A program made the position numbers and the translations under genes. From Nemertoderma westbladi (taxonomy: Eukaryota > Animalia > Xenacoelomorpha), in assembly GCA_032718475.1 (NCBI GenBank), contig JAUCBJ010006289.1, forward strand, positions 1 to 64,000: a stretch of DNA of 64,000 nucleotides, read 5' to 3'. The notes beneath the pieces are model-generated. The model was not told the origin of the DNA. It searched no databases and saw nothing but the letters and a program-made list of their open reading frames with translations. This document shows, piece by piece, positions 13,935 to 26,884 of this stretch (position 1 is the stretch's first letter; each line of letters begins with the position of its first letter).

Positions 13935-14186
13935 CTTCATGTGACCACCCAGTTTGTGAAAATTGTGCACTACTTGTAATTTTGGTGCTGCAATATTACC
14001 ACCCCAGTACATTTTTTCGAAAATTTTTTTTTCGGTCGGATCCAGACTAGTGATACCTACGTACAAACAAAAAATCAGACTTTTTCGTAAATATTTGTAG
14101 ATTTTAGAGGGAAGTGTCAATATGACCCCCCCCCCCCCCCCCCGGTATTTGTACAGCATTTTATAGCCCGGTACTAATAGGGTTAA
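13935..14186 (-). mobile_element. Terminal fragment of piggyBac-like non-autonomous element
   Basis: Reverse copy of 31389-31610; ends TAATAGGG+TTAA. Confidence 0.7.
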
Positions 14187-14430
14187 GCTTGACAATAGAA
14201 AAAAGCCACCACTGCTTTGCAGGATATTGTTTTTGCCGTGACGACCAGCCTGTGTACAATCTTGTGCTTTGGCAGCCCTATGGAGAAAAAAATAAGCATG
14301 GTGGACAGCCCATGACTTTCGTAAGATGCCTCGCCTCCCTAAGGACACTGGCCTTGAAGATGCGGATAATCTCACGAAAGTCATGGGGGATAGGGAGTTG
14401 TGGTGGTGCAACTTTGTTGATAAGCCAACA
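14187..14430 (+). mobile_element. RTE-clade LINE 3' fragment
   Basis: FAGYC...LVLWQP..GGQPMTFV motif, typical of the RTE ORF C-terminus. Confidence 0.65.
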
Positions 14431-14534
14431 TAGCTTCTCAAACACCACCAGTTTGACAACTTCCCAATGCAACAACTCTAAGACCGAGCCCAACTTCGTC
14501 CACTTTCAGTGAATTTTAGCCTTAAAATATGATG

Positions 14535-14775
14535 AAAATAAGATGTGACATGAAAATGTGACATGAAGAATTGCACGTCATTTTCACGTTACATTTTGAC
14601 ATCACAATTTCTAACGAAGGTAACATTTTGCCCTTGTGATGAGAAAATGTGACATGAAAATGTGAATTGGAAAAATTCCACATCATTTTCACATCACATT
14701 TTCATATCAAAATTAAAATGTTGTGAAATTGCAGCCAACTTGATGACAAATTCACAACTTTTTCACAACACATTT
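14535..14775. repeat. Cluster of direct and inverted AAAATGTGACATG-like motifs
   Basis: Motif and its reverse complement recur many times. Confidence 0.65.
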
Positions 14776-16881
14776 TTTGCCCATAGATGTCAATTTTAGG
14801 CCGATATTTTCTGGCCGATATGGGCCACCATATTTTTCAGATACATTGCCAACACTTCCTTCTTTATACTATCATATTAAGTATACCATAAGAACTCTTA
14901 ATCCAGTGGCTTCCTACTGTAAGAAATATACACACGCCAAATGTCAATGTGTGCACTGCCTCTTCGGATTCCGATTGGCCCACACCCACCCAGGTGTGCC
15001 CACTTCGGATCTTCAGTAGTTCACCAACTTGGTCAGGTCTGATCCCAACATTCAAAAATCTCTTACAGTTTGCCGTGCCACCTATTGTATTAATGGCACG
15101 GTATAGTGTAATAGGACTGAGGAACTCTCTTACAGGTTGCTGAGCCACCTATACATTCAATATAATTCAAAAAAAAATAATTGTTATAATTATATATCGA
15201 ATATATATTTATGCAAGTTATACCGTAATTTACTCTACGTACAATTACATTTTGTTACGTCTTGTGTAGCTAATGTTTTTATCGTTTGTTACTAAACCGG
15301 GTACACTTCCTTCACGTTTCCCTAATTATGATATGATAGATTAAAAACTATCATTTTATTATATCAAAAAATTGCTAAAATGGCAAGCTAGCTAGTTTTT
15401 GTTTCTTGTTTTTTAAATGTTCTAGAACATTATCAATCCATTTCATATAAAAATGTTGTTCCAGAACAAATATTTTTTGTTCTAGAGCAAAAAATACAAA
15501 GCACTTGCTAACTTGTTAATTTTTTATTGTATGTTATCTTTGTATAAATTTTTTTTACTAGCTAGTTTTTGTTTATTTTTTAATGTTCTAGAACATATTA
15601 TCGATACATTTAATATAAAAATTTTGTTCTAGAACAAGTATTTTTTGTTCTAGAACAAATATTTTAAGATCATTTTATTATATCAAAATATGGCAATAAT
15701 GGCACAGTAAAGTGTAAGAGTCCCCAAAAATGTTACACTGTGTTAAAAGAAATTGCAAAATTGGCATTATGTAATATGTCAACAGCCCAAAGACAAAATG
15801 TATAACCTATTTAAGAGAAAAAAATTAAAGATAAAAAGTTATATAATTCTGTCAATAATGATGTTTTAAAGATTACATTGAGAGTTTATTTGATTCTGTA
15901 GTTCTTTCTGGTGAGACATTTTAAGTTTAGGCTTGGCTGCCTTTTCATTGCATTTTGGAAATATATTTAGTACTTTTAATTTCCATGGCTATGTCACAAA
16001 TTCCTTTATTGTTAGTCACTTAATTCTCCTAATTATAGAGAAAAACGGCGATCTTACATTGGCTAATATATCTAGTAAAGTTTTAGAACTAATATAGCTT
16101 AGATGCTTTAAAAGTAGGAGTCGAGGGTATTGCTTTATTAAAAGCTTTAGTGCTTGTGATATGCTGAAATAAATTATTCAATTTTATCTTGATAATGTAT
16201 GTCTACTATTCCTACTACTAGAATTGGCCTGCTGCATTACAGCTGCATATATAGAGATACTATGCTGGCTTAACAAAAATATTTTTGCAACATCATACCA
16301 CAATTGACATTCTCTAATGCAGCGTGCATTAAGAATGCTATGCCAGTTTATCAACAAAATCGATAATGACAGTCCAGTTTGTTAATCTTAACTCTATTAT
16401 TGGTAACATAATGGGTAAATATAAACATTATAATATTAATGAAATTCGACGTAATAAATAATTATAAACTTGTTTTGAAATTAATTAGTTAATAGATGTT
16501 AATAATGTGCAACTAATGCATATCTTCAATAAAGACCTTCTTTAACACGTGTAATAATAACACAATAATGTGCAACTAATGCATATCTTCAATAAAGACC
16601 TTCTTTAACACTACATAACTAATGTGTAATTATGTAGCTGACATTGCATAAATCAGAATCAATTAACAACAGTAAAAAACGCAAACCAATACTAAATTTG
16701 CAAGGATGTGTTAAATAACAACACTTTTAAATGCTATAACCTCAAGCACATCACATAGTAAATTTGGTCAAATGCAACAAAGACTGTAAATTTCTAACAA
16801 TTATTTTAAACAATATATTTACCACATCTACTAATGGGCCAAACTAACCCTGGTGCACATGTCCCCTTTCCAGTCTGAGTG

Positions 16882-18294
16882 TTAGTTTGGTATTGGTTCT
16901 ACTTCCATTGAACGGATCAACTTTATTATCGGTGCATAAATCAATTCGTGTGCATCAGTACCCCAAATGAAATCTAAATGATTATATTGGGGGATATTTT
17001 TGTGTAAGATTACAGAATGTAAGTGAGGCATCAGAGTGGCAACATCTTGTGGGTCAGCCAACCAATCGTTACCCCCAGTGAATAGTGCTATAGGCGTTGT
17101 GATATCATCAGTATGGTAGAGTGGTGGTGTTGACTGGTTATAATTCGCAATGTTTGCTTCTTTGCTACCATAATCATAGGCTTGGAACTTTCCACTCTTG
17201 AACTGTTGCAGATACTGTTCGATATTCTGTACAGATGTTCCAGCTGGTAACCGAGTCAGGTAAACAGGGATCCTTGTACGATTCAGGTTGTGAATATTGT
17301 ATCCTGCAATTGAAAAGATCACATTTTCGCACAAAAGAGCTTCAAATTTGTGATCACAAAAATAGATTCCAAGAATATCAAAAATTCCATCATTAGGTAG
17401 TAACTCACCATGATGAAATGCATTGAGTAACTCAATGATTGGTATCCCAATCCCAGAAAGGGCTAGAAATCTCATAAGTCCTTTCATGTGAGCAACTCTG
17501 CTAACAGGAGCCAAGGCAACAAATAATTTAATACTATTCATAAGATTAGAATTATTAGGAAGCTCAGCAAACATTGTCATTGTGCCTTGAGAGTGGCCAA
17601 CATAATGGATGCCCTTCTGAGATGTAACTTCTGTGACGTAATCAATCATAGCAGGGAGATCAAATGAAGCCATTTGATCCCAAGTGAACTTCCAGAACTC
17701 ATATTTGTCTGGTGACAATCTGGTATGATTTCGAGAATAAGTGTTGCCCCTCATATTACCCAACCAAACATCAAATCCAGCATCAGCAAATACAAATGCT
17801 GCACTTTCATTGGCTGTATTCACCATCCAAGTTGCAGAACTATCCAGCAGTCCATGTTGTAGGAAGACAACTGGTTTTATCACATTACCTGAGTCATCCT
17901 CATGTCGACCATGCGGTATTCTATGTAGACCCAATATATATCCATCCTTTGTTGTGACATAATGTTTCTGGAATGGGTAACCTTTAGATGTTGCTAGTTC
18001 TTCTATTGACATGTAACATTCCGGTAAGGTACAAGCACTGGTTAGTCGGTAATCAATGATGTTATATTGTTTAAATATATTTCTGAAATGAACAATATCT
18101 TTAGCATGATTCCCCAACTTATATCCAAACTCTTTTCCAGTGTACTTTTCTGTAGCATATGGTAGCTTGTTTCTCAAGGGCTCCAATTTATCATGGTTAC
18201 TTTGAGATCTGAATATAAGTTTATTTTCAATGGGAAATGCTTTAGTATAACAAATATAGACAGTTATTACAATTATCTCAGAATAGAATAACAT
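16882..18294 (-). CDS. Acid lipase (lysosomal acid lipase/gastric lipase family), secreted, intronless, 470 aa
   Basis: Hydrophobic signal peptide; H-V-T-DGYIL-LHRIP; FLQHGLL; DVWLGN-RGNTYS; nucleophile GHSQG; NDWLAD; YNHLDFIWG. Uninterrupted ORF. Confidence 0.95.
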   Translation of the reverse strand: MLFYSEIIVITVYICYTKAFPIENKLIFRSQSNHDKLEPLRNKLPYATEKYTGKEFGYKLGNHAKDIVHFRNIFKQYNIIDYRLTSACTLPECYMSIEELATSKGYPFQKHYVTTKDGYILGLHRIPHGRHEDDSGNVIKPVVFLQHGLLDSSATWMVNTANESAAFVFADAGFDVWLGNMRGNTYSRNHTRLSPDKYEFWKFTWDQMASFDLPAMIDYVTEVTSQKGIHYVGHSQGTMTMFAELPNNSNLMNSIKLFVALAPVSRVAHMKGLMRFLALSGIGIPIIELLNAFHHGELLPNDGIFDILGIYFCDHKFEALLCENVIFSIAGYNIHNLNRTRIPVYLTRLPAGTSVQNIEQYLQQFKSGKFQAYDYGSKEANIANYNQSTPPLYHTDDITTPIALFTGGNDWLADPQDVATLMPHLHSVILHKNIPQYNHLDFIWGTDAHELIYAPIIKLIRSMEVEPIPN

Positions 18295-21200
18295 TGTGTG
18301 CTTACAATCTTTAATAATCTTAATAAAGCATAAATATCATAAATATATTCAGAATCCTACAGGTATATAAGAAAAAGTAAACTACAATGTCGTATCTTTA
18401 CTCAGTGCTTGATAGCAGTTAGATTTTTCTGAGTCCTAATGTAAAAGTAAAAAAAAATGCCATTGGCGTGACTATGTTTGGAGGAAAAACATTGAATTCA
18501 CAATCTAAATAATGAGAATTGTTAAACAAAGTCTAAAAAGTAAAAGTAACATTTTGTTTTCTTTAGGGGATTACTTATATGTCTGATGACTTATTTCCAG
18601 TGCTATAGAGCAGAATGAGAGATATTATAGTATAAACCCATATTATTACAATCACTAAAAAAACGATTTCTCTCATATTATATAACATGCACTCACTTCA
18701 ACAACTCATAGATTGAAAATTGATTAACAACATATGTACCATACTTAATAGAACCACAGTCTTAAATTGAGCAGATAAGAATTTAATCAAAGTTTATGAC
18801 TTATTTTAGCCTAAACTAGGCCAGGCCACATTATTTTGCAGCCAGTATCTTAAGTTAGAGATATGGCTGTGATACTGTGAACATCTGAAATTCTTAAAAG
18901 TTTTCAGGAAGGAAAATCTTCAATAATTGTCATAAAAGCTATAGATCTTCCATATGGCATGGGCATACTACTACTACTAGGTCGAGCGAACTCGGACAAC
19001 TCGGGCAACTTTCAGTTGCGGGAGTAAACCGCTTGTGGTCGCAACTCCTACAAGCGTCTTCGCAGTAGATCGCCGTTGATTGATTACCTTTCCCGCCAAC
19101 CTTGTCAGCATGTCTAGCCGTTGGTTGATTACCTTCCGCCTATCCATGGCCTACAGCCCTGCTGCCGACTGTAGGGGTCCTTTTGTTACACCCTGAACCA
19201 AGTGTGCCTCCTGGGTTAGGTTACCTAACACTGGTAGAGGAGCATCCAGTATAGACAGGGCGGGGCGCGTATCATCTCTAATGCAGATGCGTATCAAGCC
19301 TTTGCCTTCAATGGTGCCCTAGGCGCTATAGCCCTCAATGACTTATTTAGTTGACGGGGCTGTACCAACCCACTCTTGATCAACTAAATAATGAATAGGC
19401 TATGCTTATCGGGCCTGCCCTACTGGGCTGGCAGCTACAGGTAGTACCACATTACTGCCATAGTGGTAGCAGGATCTGGGGACCTGACCTGACCTCAACG
19501 GCATATCATTGGGCATTTTGACTTTGGACTTTTCATCCCCAGAACTTTCGCCATGGGCTTTTTGTCTCCAGGGGACTTTTCGTCTAAAAGGTCATTTCAT
19601 CACAGACATTTTCATCCCAGACAGGCTTTTTATCTTAGAAAAAAAGTAGTGAGATATTTTTGTTAGACAATTTCTTATTGCTCTTTCATCTCCAGGAGTG
19701 AATATGTGCCAATTACCACAGTAATAATCCTTGTAGTTTATATTAATTAATATATTATATTAACTATATTTATCCACGTATAATTGATTATTTTACATTA
19801 TTATTATAATTCGCCAGGAATATTATACAAAAGGAATAGTAGTAGTACTCTAAATACTACCATTTCCTTATTATCTATATCACCTGGCGAAATGTGGCAG
19901 GTAATACAGTACCACCGTTTGATCAAATATGTTGTATTTACAAGCTTTTTACTGCTAGTCCCGAACCCTGAAACCCTGTGAAAATCCACCCTAATTACGT
20001 GAAAAATTATACTCTGGTACAAAAATCTAACGCAAATGCCGAAAAAGTAAATATCAATGTTACTTTTAGACTGCATTACTTATTTAAGTCAATTTATCTA
20101 TATTGATGATTACCCAAATCAAATAGACCCATGTACGCGATCAATTCATACCTTTATTCTGTACTGTATCAACATAAAGTAAATTCTTTAATGCTAGTCT
20201 TAGATAATTCCAGTCACATTTATTTTATTTATCTTAATCCATTTGTTATTTGCAGTATGTAGTGTGTGGTATTAATTGCTACAATACAAAAGTGGGTGTG
20301 TTAAGCCAACTGCGTCACAGCGTCACGTGACTTACAGTATTCACATATTGGTGTATACTTATTACAACAGTACAGTGTATATACATTGTACATGTACATT
20401 ATGAATGTTCAGTACATTTTGCATTGTATGCACTGTGTGCTACTGTAATGGTATGGTATAGGATATTTAATTTCTTTTTCAAAATATAAGAGCAGTATTA
20501 TTATATTTAGTTTTTAATACAACTATGCAGCTCCTAAAGGGATATTTTGAAAAAAAATTATCAAGAGCGCCATCCATTGCATGTACAAACTCCCTGGATC
20601 CTGGACCAAGAATTGGGATAAAAGGGCCGAAGTAGTTCATATGGTATGGATATGCATATCATATGGTACTGGAAGCCACCAACTTCCTCAAACTCAGAGA
20701 TAATTGCCTTGACATGATCCTTGGAGACACAAGGACGTCCAGACCCAGAGATTGACATATCCAATATCAGCCAAAAATCTTGAAGAAAAATATCAAATAG
20801 GCCTACTGGTATAAAAAACAAATTAAGTTATTATTAAATTGTTCAGTAGTTACAGTTAAATTAAATAGCATACTTGGTTGGTGGTTTGAATATAAACAAG
20901 TAAATACTTACACAAGTGAACAGTTCTATGAAATTTAAACTCTTAAAATTCGATTGAATAAATTAACACTTCACTTTCACTTCATCCAATCATCGGTAAT
21001 ATATTCATTAAAATTACATATAATAATACAGTCGTTTAACTTATACCAGTACGAAGTACTCAAACTATGACTGGGGCAAATGATATGTGCCAATTAGTAT
21101 AATTTTTTAAAAAAATATACCAAGTATGTCTAGATAAATCACAGGCACTGACAAATCTAAAAAAGAAGCGCACCATCAAAGATATCAGACGAGAGTACGG

Positions 21201-22303
21201 AGCCATGGTGTGCTAATAATGGAAGAGCAAGTGAGAAAGAAGGTGGAAAATCTAAAAAATAGGGTTAAGGTGAAGTTACACAAAGGCACCACGAAAAGGA
21301 ATTTCTGGCAATAGGGGACAAAAACCAAAGCTTGGGGAAATTACCACATGTGAGAATGACCCTAATTAATACATTTAGGTATTATGATCAAATAATGGGA
21401 ATACTCTACAGAATGTGAGTATTTCGAGTTATTTTTTGAGTTATTTACAGTTGGTTACCAAAGCTTATGCCTATGGGACACAATGTTTAATAAACCATGT
21501 TTTGCCATGTCCCACAGGTGTATGGATACCCATCTATCCACACCAACAAGATCCGTGACTTCCTTGCCAATTTTATCATAGTAGTGGCCAACAACATCTC
21601 AATAGAACATTTACTTCAGCCATTGAGTGGTGAACTCAATATGATGAGGAGAGTACCCATCAGCATCAGGCCAAGAATTCTTAGCAATATTTATCATTCG
21701 AAAAAGTCAACAATTATTTAAGTTTGGTTCATCCAATTTAAGTTTCCTAAATATAGACTTCACTATAGAATTATGTCACTCAACAATTCCATTTGAAAAT
21801 GGACAATATGGTACTGTGGATTTATTAGTAATATTCAACTTTTCATACATTTCAGTAAAAATATTACTAGTGAATTCTTTTCCATTATCAGATAGTACCC
21901 TTCTGGATTGTCCAAATATAAAAACCCAAAAATCAAGAAAAATTTCGATAATTGTTTCGGACTGCTTATCCTTAATTGGTGCTGCTACACTATAACGGCT
22001 GAATAAATCAATAACAGGGGACAATGGTATGGAAACTATGGGTCTCATTGGAGGTCTCGAAACCAAATGACAGGAAGAGCATTTTGATATTACATCTTGG
22101 ATAATTTTCTTATCACACTCAATGCCTGATTGAGAGATCATCTTGTGTAATGTGGCAAACCCAGCATGGCCAAACTGTCGGTGTATTTTATCAACTTCAG
22201 CATGAGTAAGGTATGACATTACTGGTTCTTCATTTCTAGATACAAAAATGACTGAATGGCCCCCATGTTCCTTAAGCTCACAATTGTACCCATCAATCAC
22301 TAT

Positions 22304-22462
22304 AATGGACAATATGGTACTGTGGATTTATTAGTAATATTCAACTTTTCATACATTTCAGTAAAAATATTACTAGTGAATTCTTTTCCATTATCAGATA
22401 GTACCCTTCTGGGTTGTCCAAATATAAAAACCCAAAAGTCATGAAAAATTTCGATAATTGTT
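22304..22462. repeat. ~160-bp direct duplication of integrase segment 21797-21957
   Basis: Near-identical sequence at both positions, abutting the Penelope insertion. Confidence 0.9.
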
Positions 22463-23450
22463 TATTGTTATTAATTGTTATTAATTGTTTGCATAAACTA
22501 CATGACATTCTGCCCCTTAACGGGTTTCCCAGTGAACTTATCTGGTCCGTCATTCACAGGGTCACCTCAAGACTAGGGGGGCCAGCCTGTCCCAAAATAC
22601 CTTCGGTTGCCAAAAAACCAATCTACTTAGTCCTACCTTACTTAGGCTACATACAAATCAACCACAAACTTAAACTGATTTCTCATGCCTACCCGCAAAT
22701 AGACTTCAAGATAATTTTCAAACCCCACATCAGACTAGGCACCCACTTCCCGTTCAAGGACAGATTTCCAGCCGCGCTGAGACCCGTTGTCTTGTACAAA
22801 TTCAAGTGTGCCAGCTGTAATGCTGTCTACATCGGTAAAACCGAGCGACATTTTAAGACACGAGTCTGTGACCACCTGGGAGTCTCACCAAGAACGGGAA
22901 ATCCTGTGGCCAACCCACAACATTCTGCAATACGGGATCACGCTATAGAGTATGACCACAAATATAATTACAATGATTTTAAAATAATAGGCAAGGCACA
23001 AAGTAATTATGACCTTCTAATTAAAGAAAGCATCACAATTGGCAGACAAAAACCCTCTCACTAAACATCCAAGGCACGTCCTTCCCGTTATTTCTATTTT
23101 AAAGGTGACCCCCGCCCCCCGCCCACCAGCACTACTGCTCTCACACGTACCGGTTCACCTTACTGCTTACATTTTGTACATTTCAGTATTTATCGCATGT
23201 TACAGACTGACGACCTACTTGTTGTTTTGTCTTATTTACACAATTCTAGGATCATAATAACTTTGTTTCATATTTACTACATTAAATAATTAATTATTAC
23301 TTTTTTACAGTATGTTTATTTCGTAAAGTACTTTATATTTTGTTAGTTTACACTGTTTATTTGGCTGATGATGATGAATGTATTTCGTCGAAACGTTGAA
23401 TTAATTGAAATATAATGTTGTTTAGAATCGCAATACTTATTCTATTCTGT
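22463..23450 (+). mobile_element. Penelope-like retroelement 3' fragment (GIY-YIG endonuclease plus pLTR-like tail)
   Basis: ORF 22414-23064: NGFP, LPY-G, VLYKFKC..C..VYIGKT-R...R..DH, SAI-DH, KES; hammerhead-like motif in the tail. Confidence 0.9.
23361..23400 (+). ncRNA. Minimal (Penelope-type) hammerhead ribozyme motif, degenerate
   Basis: CTGATGA-T-GATGAA-TGTAT-TTCGTC-GAAA-CGTT; stem I is disrupted. Confidence 0.6.
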
Positions 23451-25559
23451 TTTAAATCACTATAATGTTCTGGGCTATATATATGACTGCATTCAATTTC
23501 AGTAGTGTGTAATGGGATAATAAAAGATTGCAGGGTATAATATCAACAAATATTTTGTAACTCATTTCTCCTAATTGAATTGGAATAATAACACTAAAAA
23601 TAGACCCTTCCCAAATCCTCCTCAGCCTCACAACCTCCTCCAAATAGAAATACTGTATTTGAATAAAGCTGTTCAAAATTTGAAATACTTAGATCAATAT
23701 ATGTTATGTAACTGTATCATATGTATGTATGTACGTTATGTAACTTATGTAGCCATTCTTATCCAGCTACTGTTTTTGTACACCCTGTATCTACAATGAT
23801 AAAGGGAATAGATGGTTCAGCAGGCAACATTTTTTGTACAGCTTGGTAGACTTCCTCATTTTCAGTATCATTAATCAATCCAAGGTCATCAATATCTCCT
23901 GGTTGAGTATGCTCAGTACACTATTTACAATGACTAGACCATGTTGTATTAGGCCTACTTGTACTTTTATGGGGACAAGTATGCATCAAATGAAGGAATG
24001 AATTACACATTTGACACCGTGCACGGTTTTTATGTGGACATCGATCAGCCCAGTGCAAAGTTGATTGACATATCCGACATGGGCCACGAGAGGAATTGTT
24101 AAACTGTTGAGGTGTACCGGTAGGGGTTGAAAAATTCGGTTTGTATTGGCCTACTGCGTTTTTATAACACCTACCTGATTGCATCGACCATAATCCTTCT
24201 TCAGTTTGCTGACATTCCTTAACTTCGTCATCCTGTTCATTTATTCCAGTAAAAGCTGGCTCTGTTAATTATGAGTTTATACATTTTCATCCGGTTGAGG
24301 AGTCTATCAAAATCTGAAATAAATGACTTCATTGACTGGTTTTCCTTTCTCTGCTCAACTTCTTAAATTTTGTAAATGTTTCAAACGCAGCCTTATCTTG
24401 TTCCTGTTTGAAAATATCATCCAAAACAAGAATCAATCTGTCCATTCCATCATCATGTTCGAGTTCATCAATATCAATATCAAGTGCTCATTCTTTTGCC
24501 TTACCTTTCAGACGACCAACTACAGCCAAGGCACATTCCTACTTCCCAAGATCAGTCATCCTCTTCCAAACTTCAACTTCCTTTCGCCAGAATTCATAAT
24601 TTGTGTATTTCGGATCAAATTCGGGTGGATCCTTATAAGATGGTGAATAAATAATTTGTTCCATAAGTTGATCGAGTGGCAACACCACCAACAGCACCAG
24701 CACCATCTGCAGGATCTTCTCCATCCGACTCCGACCCAGAATTAATCATAGGCCTAGTTGGTTTGTTATTAAGTGAAACGTACCGGTACCAGGAATCAGC
24801 CTACTGGCCTAGAGCAGTAGTCAGGTAGTAGTGGTGTTAGTTTCAGACTGACTATTAAAAGCAACCATGCTCTGCTACCATTGTTGTACTATTGGACAAT
24901 GTACCATTGTTGTTTCATTAGTTACACATTGAAATAGTTATATTAATATCAGCTCAGATGTCAATATATTGCAATACCGTATAATATGAATTTACAATCA
25001 TTACAAATACGTTTAACAATATCAGTTCAAAATATTTGTTAGTGGTTATCAGTTCAATATAGGACCAGAATCTAGTAATGGACGAAGGGATCAGCCCACT
25101 CCAATAGGTACCTATAAATATCTGAAAGTACAACAGCAGTACTGGAAGGTACAAACTACATTATGGACAAACCATATTTTATTTATATATATATATAAAA
25201 GTACGGAGGTTTTCATGGTTCCGGTTAGGCGGCCTATGGCCTACAGCAAATCTGTATAGTCAGTGAGTTTGCAAAAAGTATATATGTGATATAAACTATA
25301 TATGTGAGAAATATAACAGAGTATGTGAAAATAATATGTGACAGTTATCATAGTTCTTATATCATATCTTATAACATATATCATAGTTCACCTCGCCTAT
25401 GATGATTAGTGGTTATGATTTTACTCACGTTTAATGTTTTCTTCATGGAATAGCTAGTGAGTTTCCAGGTCTATGCACCAATGACATGGAAATGTGATTA
25501 ACTTGTTCTAGAAAGTTGATATAGTCATAGTTTCTTATACAGTGTGTTGAATTGTCCAT

Positions 25560-26810
25560 TTAATGGCGATTGGCATGGTAAAAGAAGAAAGACACAAACA
25601 AAACATACAATTTGTATTTGACAATGAGTGCATTCATGCGGATTTGTATGTGTCATGGAAAAGATAAGAAAAACATCCAGAAAGATGACGTAAAGCTCAT
25701 TTGTTTCATTCAATATAAATGAAAAATTTGAAATCAGAGGACTGATAATTGCGGGTTAGAGGTAGAGCTTCGAATAAATTCGTTTTACATGCAGTCAAAG
25801 GAAGATATCATAATGATTGCATGAAAACCTTTACAAGTTCAAAAAATATTGTATATCATCAGTAGTTACAGATAAGTCATTAATAAAGGACCACGATTTT
25901 GATTTAGTAGTTACCTACTAAGATGATAATAAAGAAAACATTTGGAAATTGACAGAAATATATTATTGGTATTAGGAATTGGGAGAAACGAATCATTCAC
26001 ATAGTTAAAATATAAACCTTGATAAAATCTTTAGAAACTCATTAATTTTAAATCCAGCTGATCTTAACTATATGATGATTGCATTGACTGTAGCTCAGAG
26101 GTGCACAAAAGCTGCAGAACAAGAATACACAGTATTTACTGTAAATATATTTACTGTAAAAATTGCTTTAAATGTCATTTGGTATTATCCTGATCAGTAA
26201 CAATGTTGTACTTGATTGAGGGAGGGGGGGGGGGGGGGTGGTAATGAGTTTCATTGGATCCATTAATCCATAGCATGTTTAATGGATGAAAGTACTATCA
26301 TGTGTATTTAGCAGTGTTTCAAAGGTGTTATCTGAGAAAAAGTTTCCACAGAACATGCATAAGCTATGCACATTTTTGCAGAAGTGCTTCATCTATAAAT
26401 ATTATATCCAATTACTTTATAACTATATCCGGAAATGTGAGCTATGGGTGGATGTATTCCTAGTATTCACATGATGTGTTTGTGTGGGCAGAATGGGAGG
26501 CTGATTTGTACTTGCACTTGGAAGCGATTCATGTTATGATTCCATATTTTTTGCAGCTGCGCACATTAACTGCGCACAATATTGTTCATATTTCCTGAAA
26601 TTTAGAATTTACCTAAGTTTTGAAGTTTGTAAAAGGTGAGCATGTCATGAGACATAAACAAGGCTGAAGGTATGAAATTGTATTTGGTCTGATAATTTCA
26701 TTGAAACAACGTTCAAGAGGTATGGCAAGAGTAGGGATGTATTATTGGTATTACCTTAAAACCTGAGGCATTCCAAAACATGGTCACTCTCATTACATAC
26801 CACTGATTCA
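25560..26810 (+). pseudogene. Highly degenerate DNA-transposon-derived coding region, family unclear
   Basis: Remnant motifs RYHNDC, MSFIGS, EAD..LHL, WSD-FIETTF-RYGK, among many stops. Confidence 0.45.
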
Positions 26811-26884
26811 CATGAATAACCTTATTGATAAAGAATAATTTAACACTAGGGTTAACAGTGACAATATTGATAGGAATTCATTAA

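Larger units (their letters stand above)
21776..24880 (-). mobile_element. Degenerate GalEa-clade Ty1/copia LTR retrotransposon
   Basis: PBS TGGTAGCAGAGC (tRNA-Met) at 24869-24880 next to an LTR edge at ~24882; gag PPEF..YEFW..EVEVW; CCHC knuckles near 24000-24090; integrase KIHRQFGH..C..C, SDNGKEF, SNGIVE. Order gag-(PR)-INT. Confidence 0.8.
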
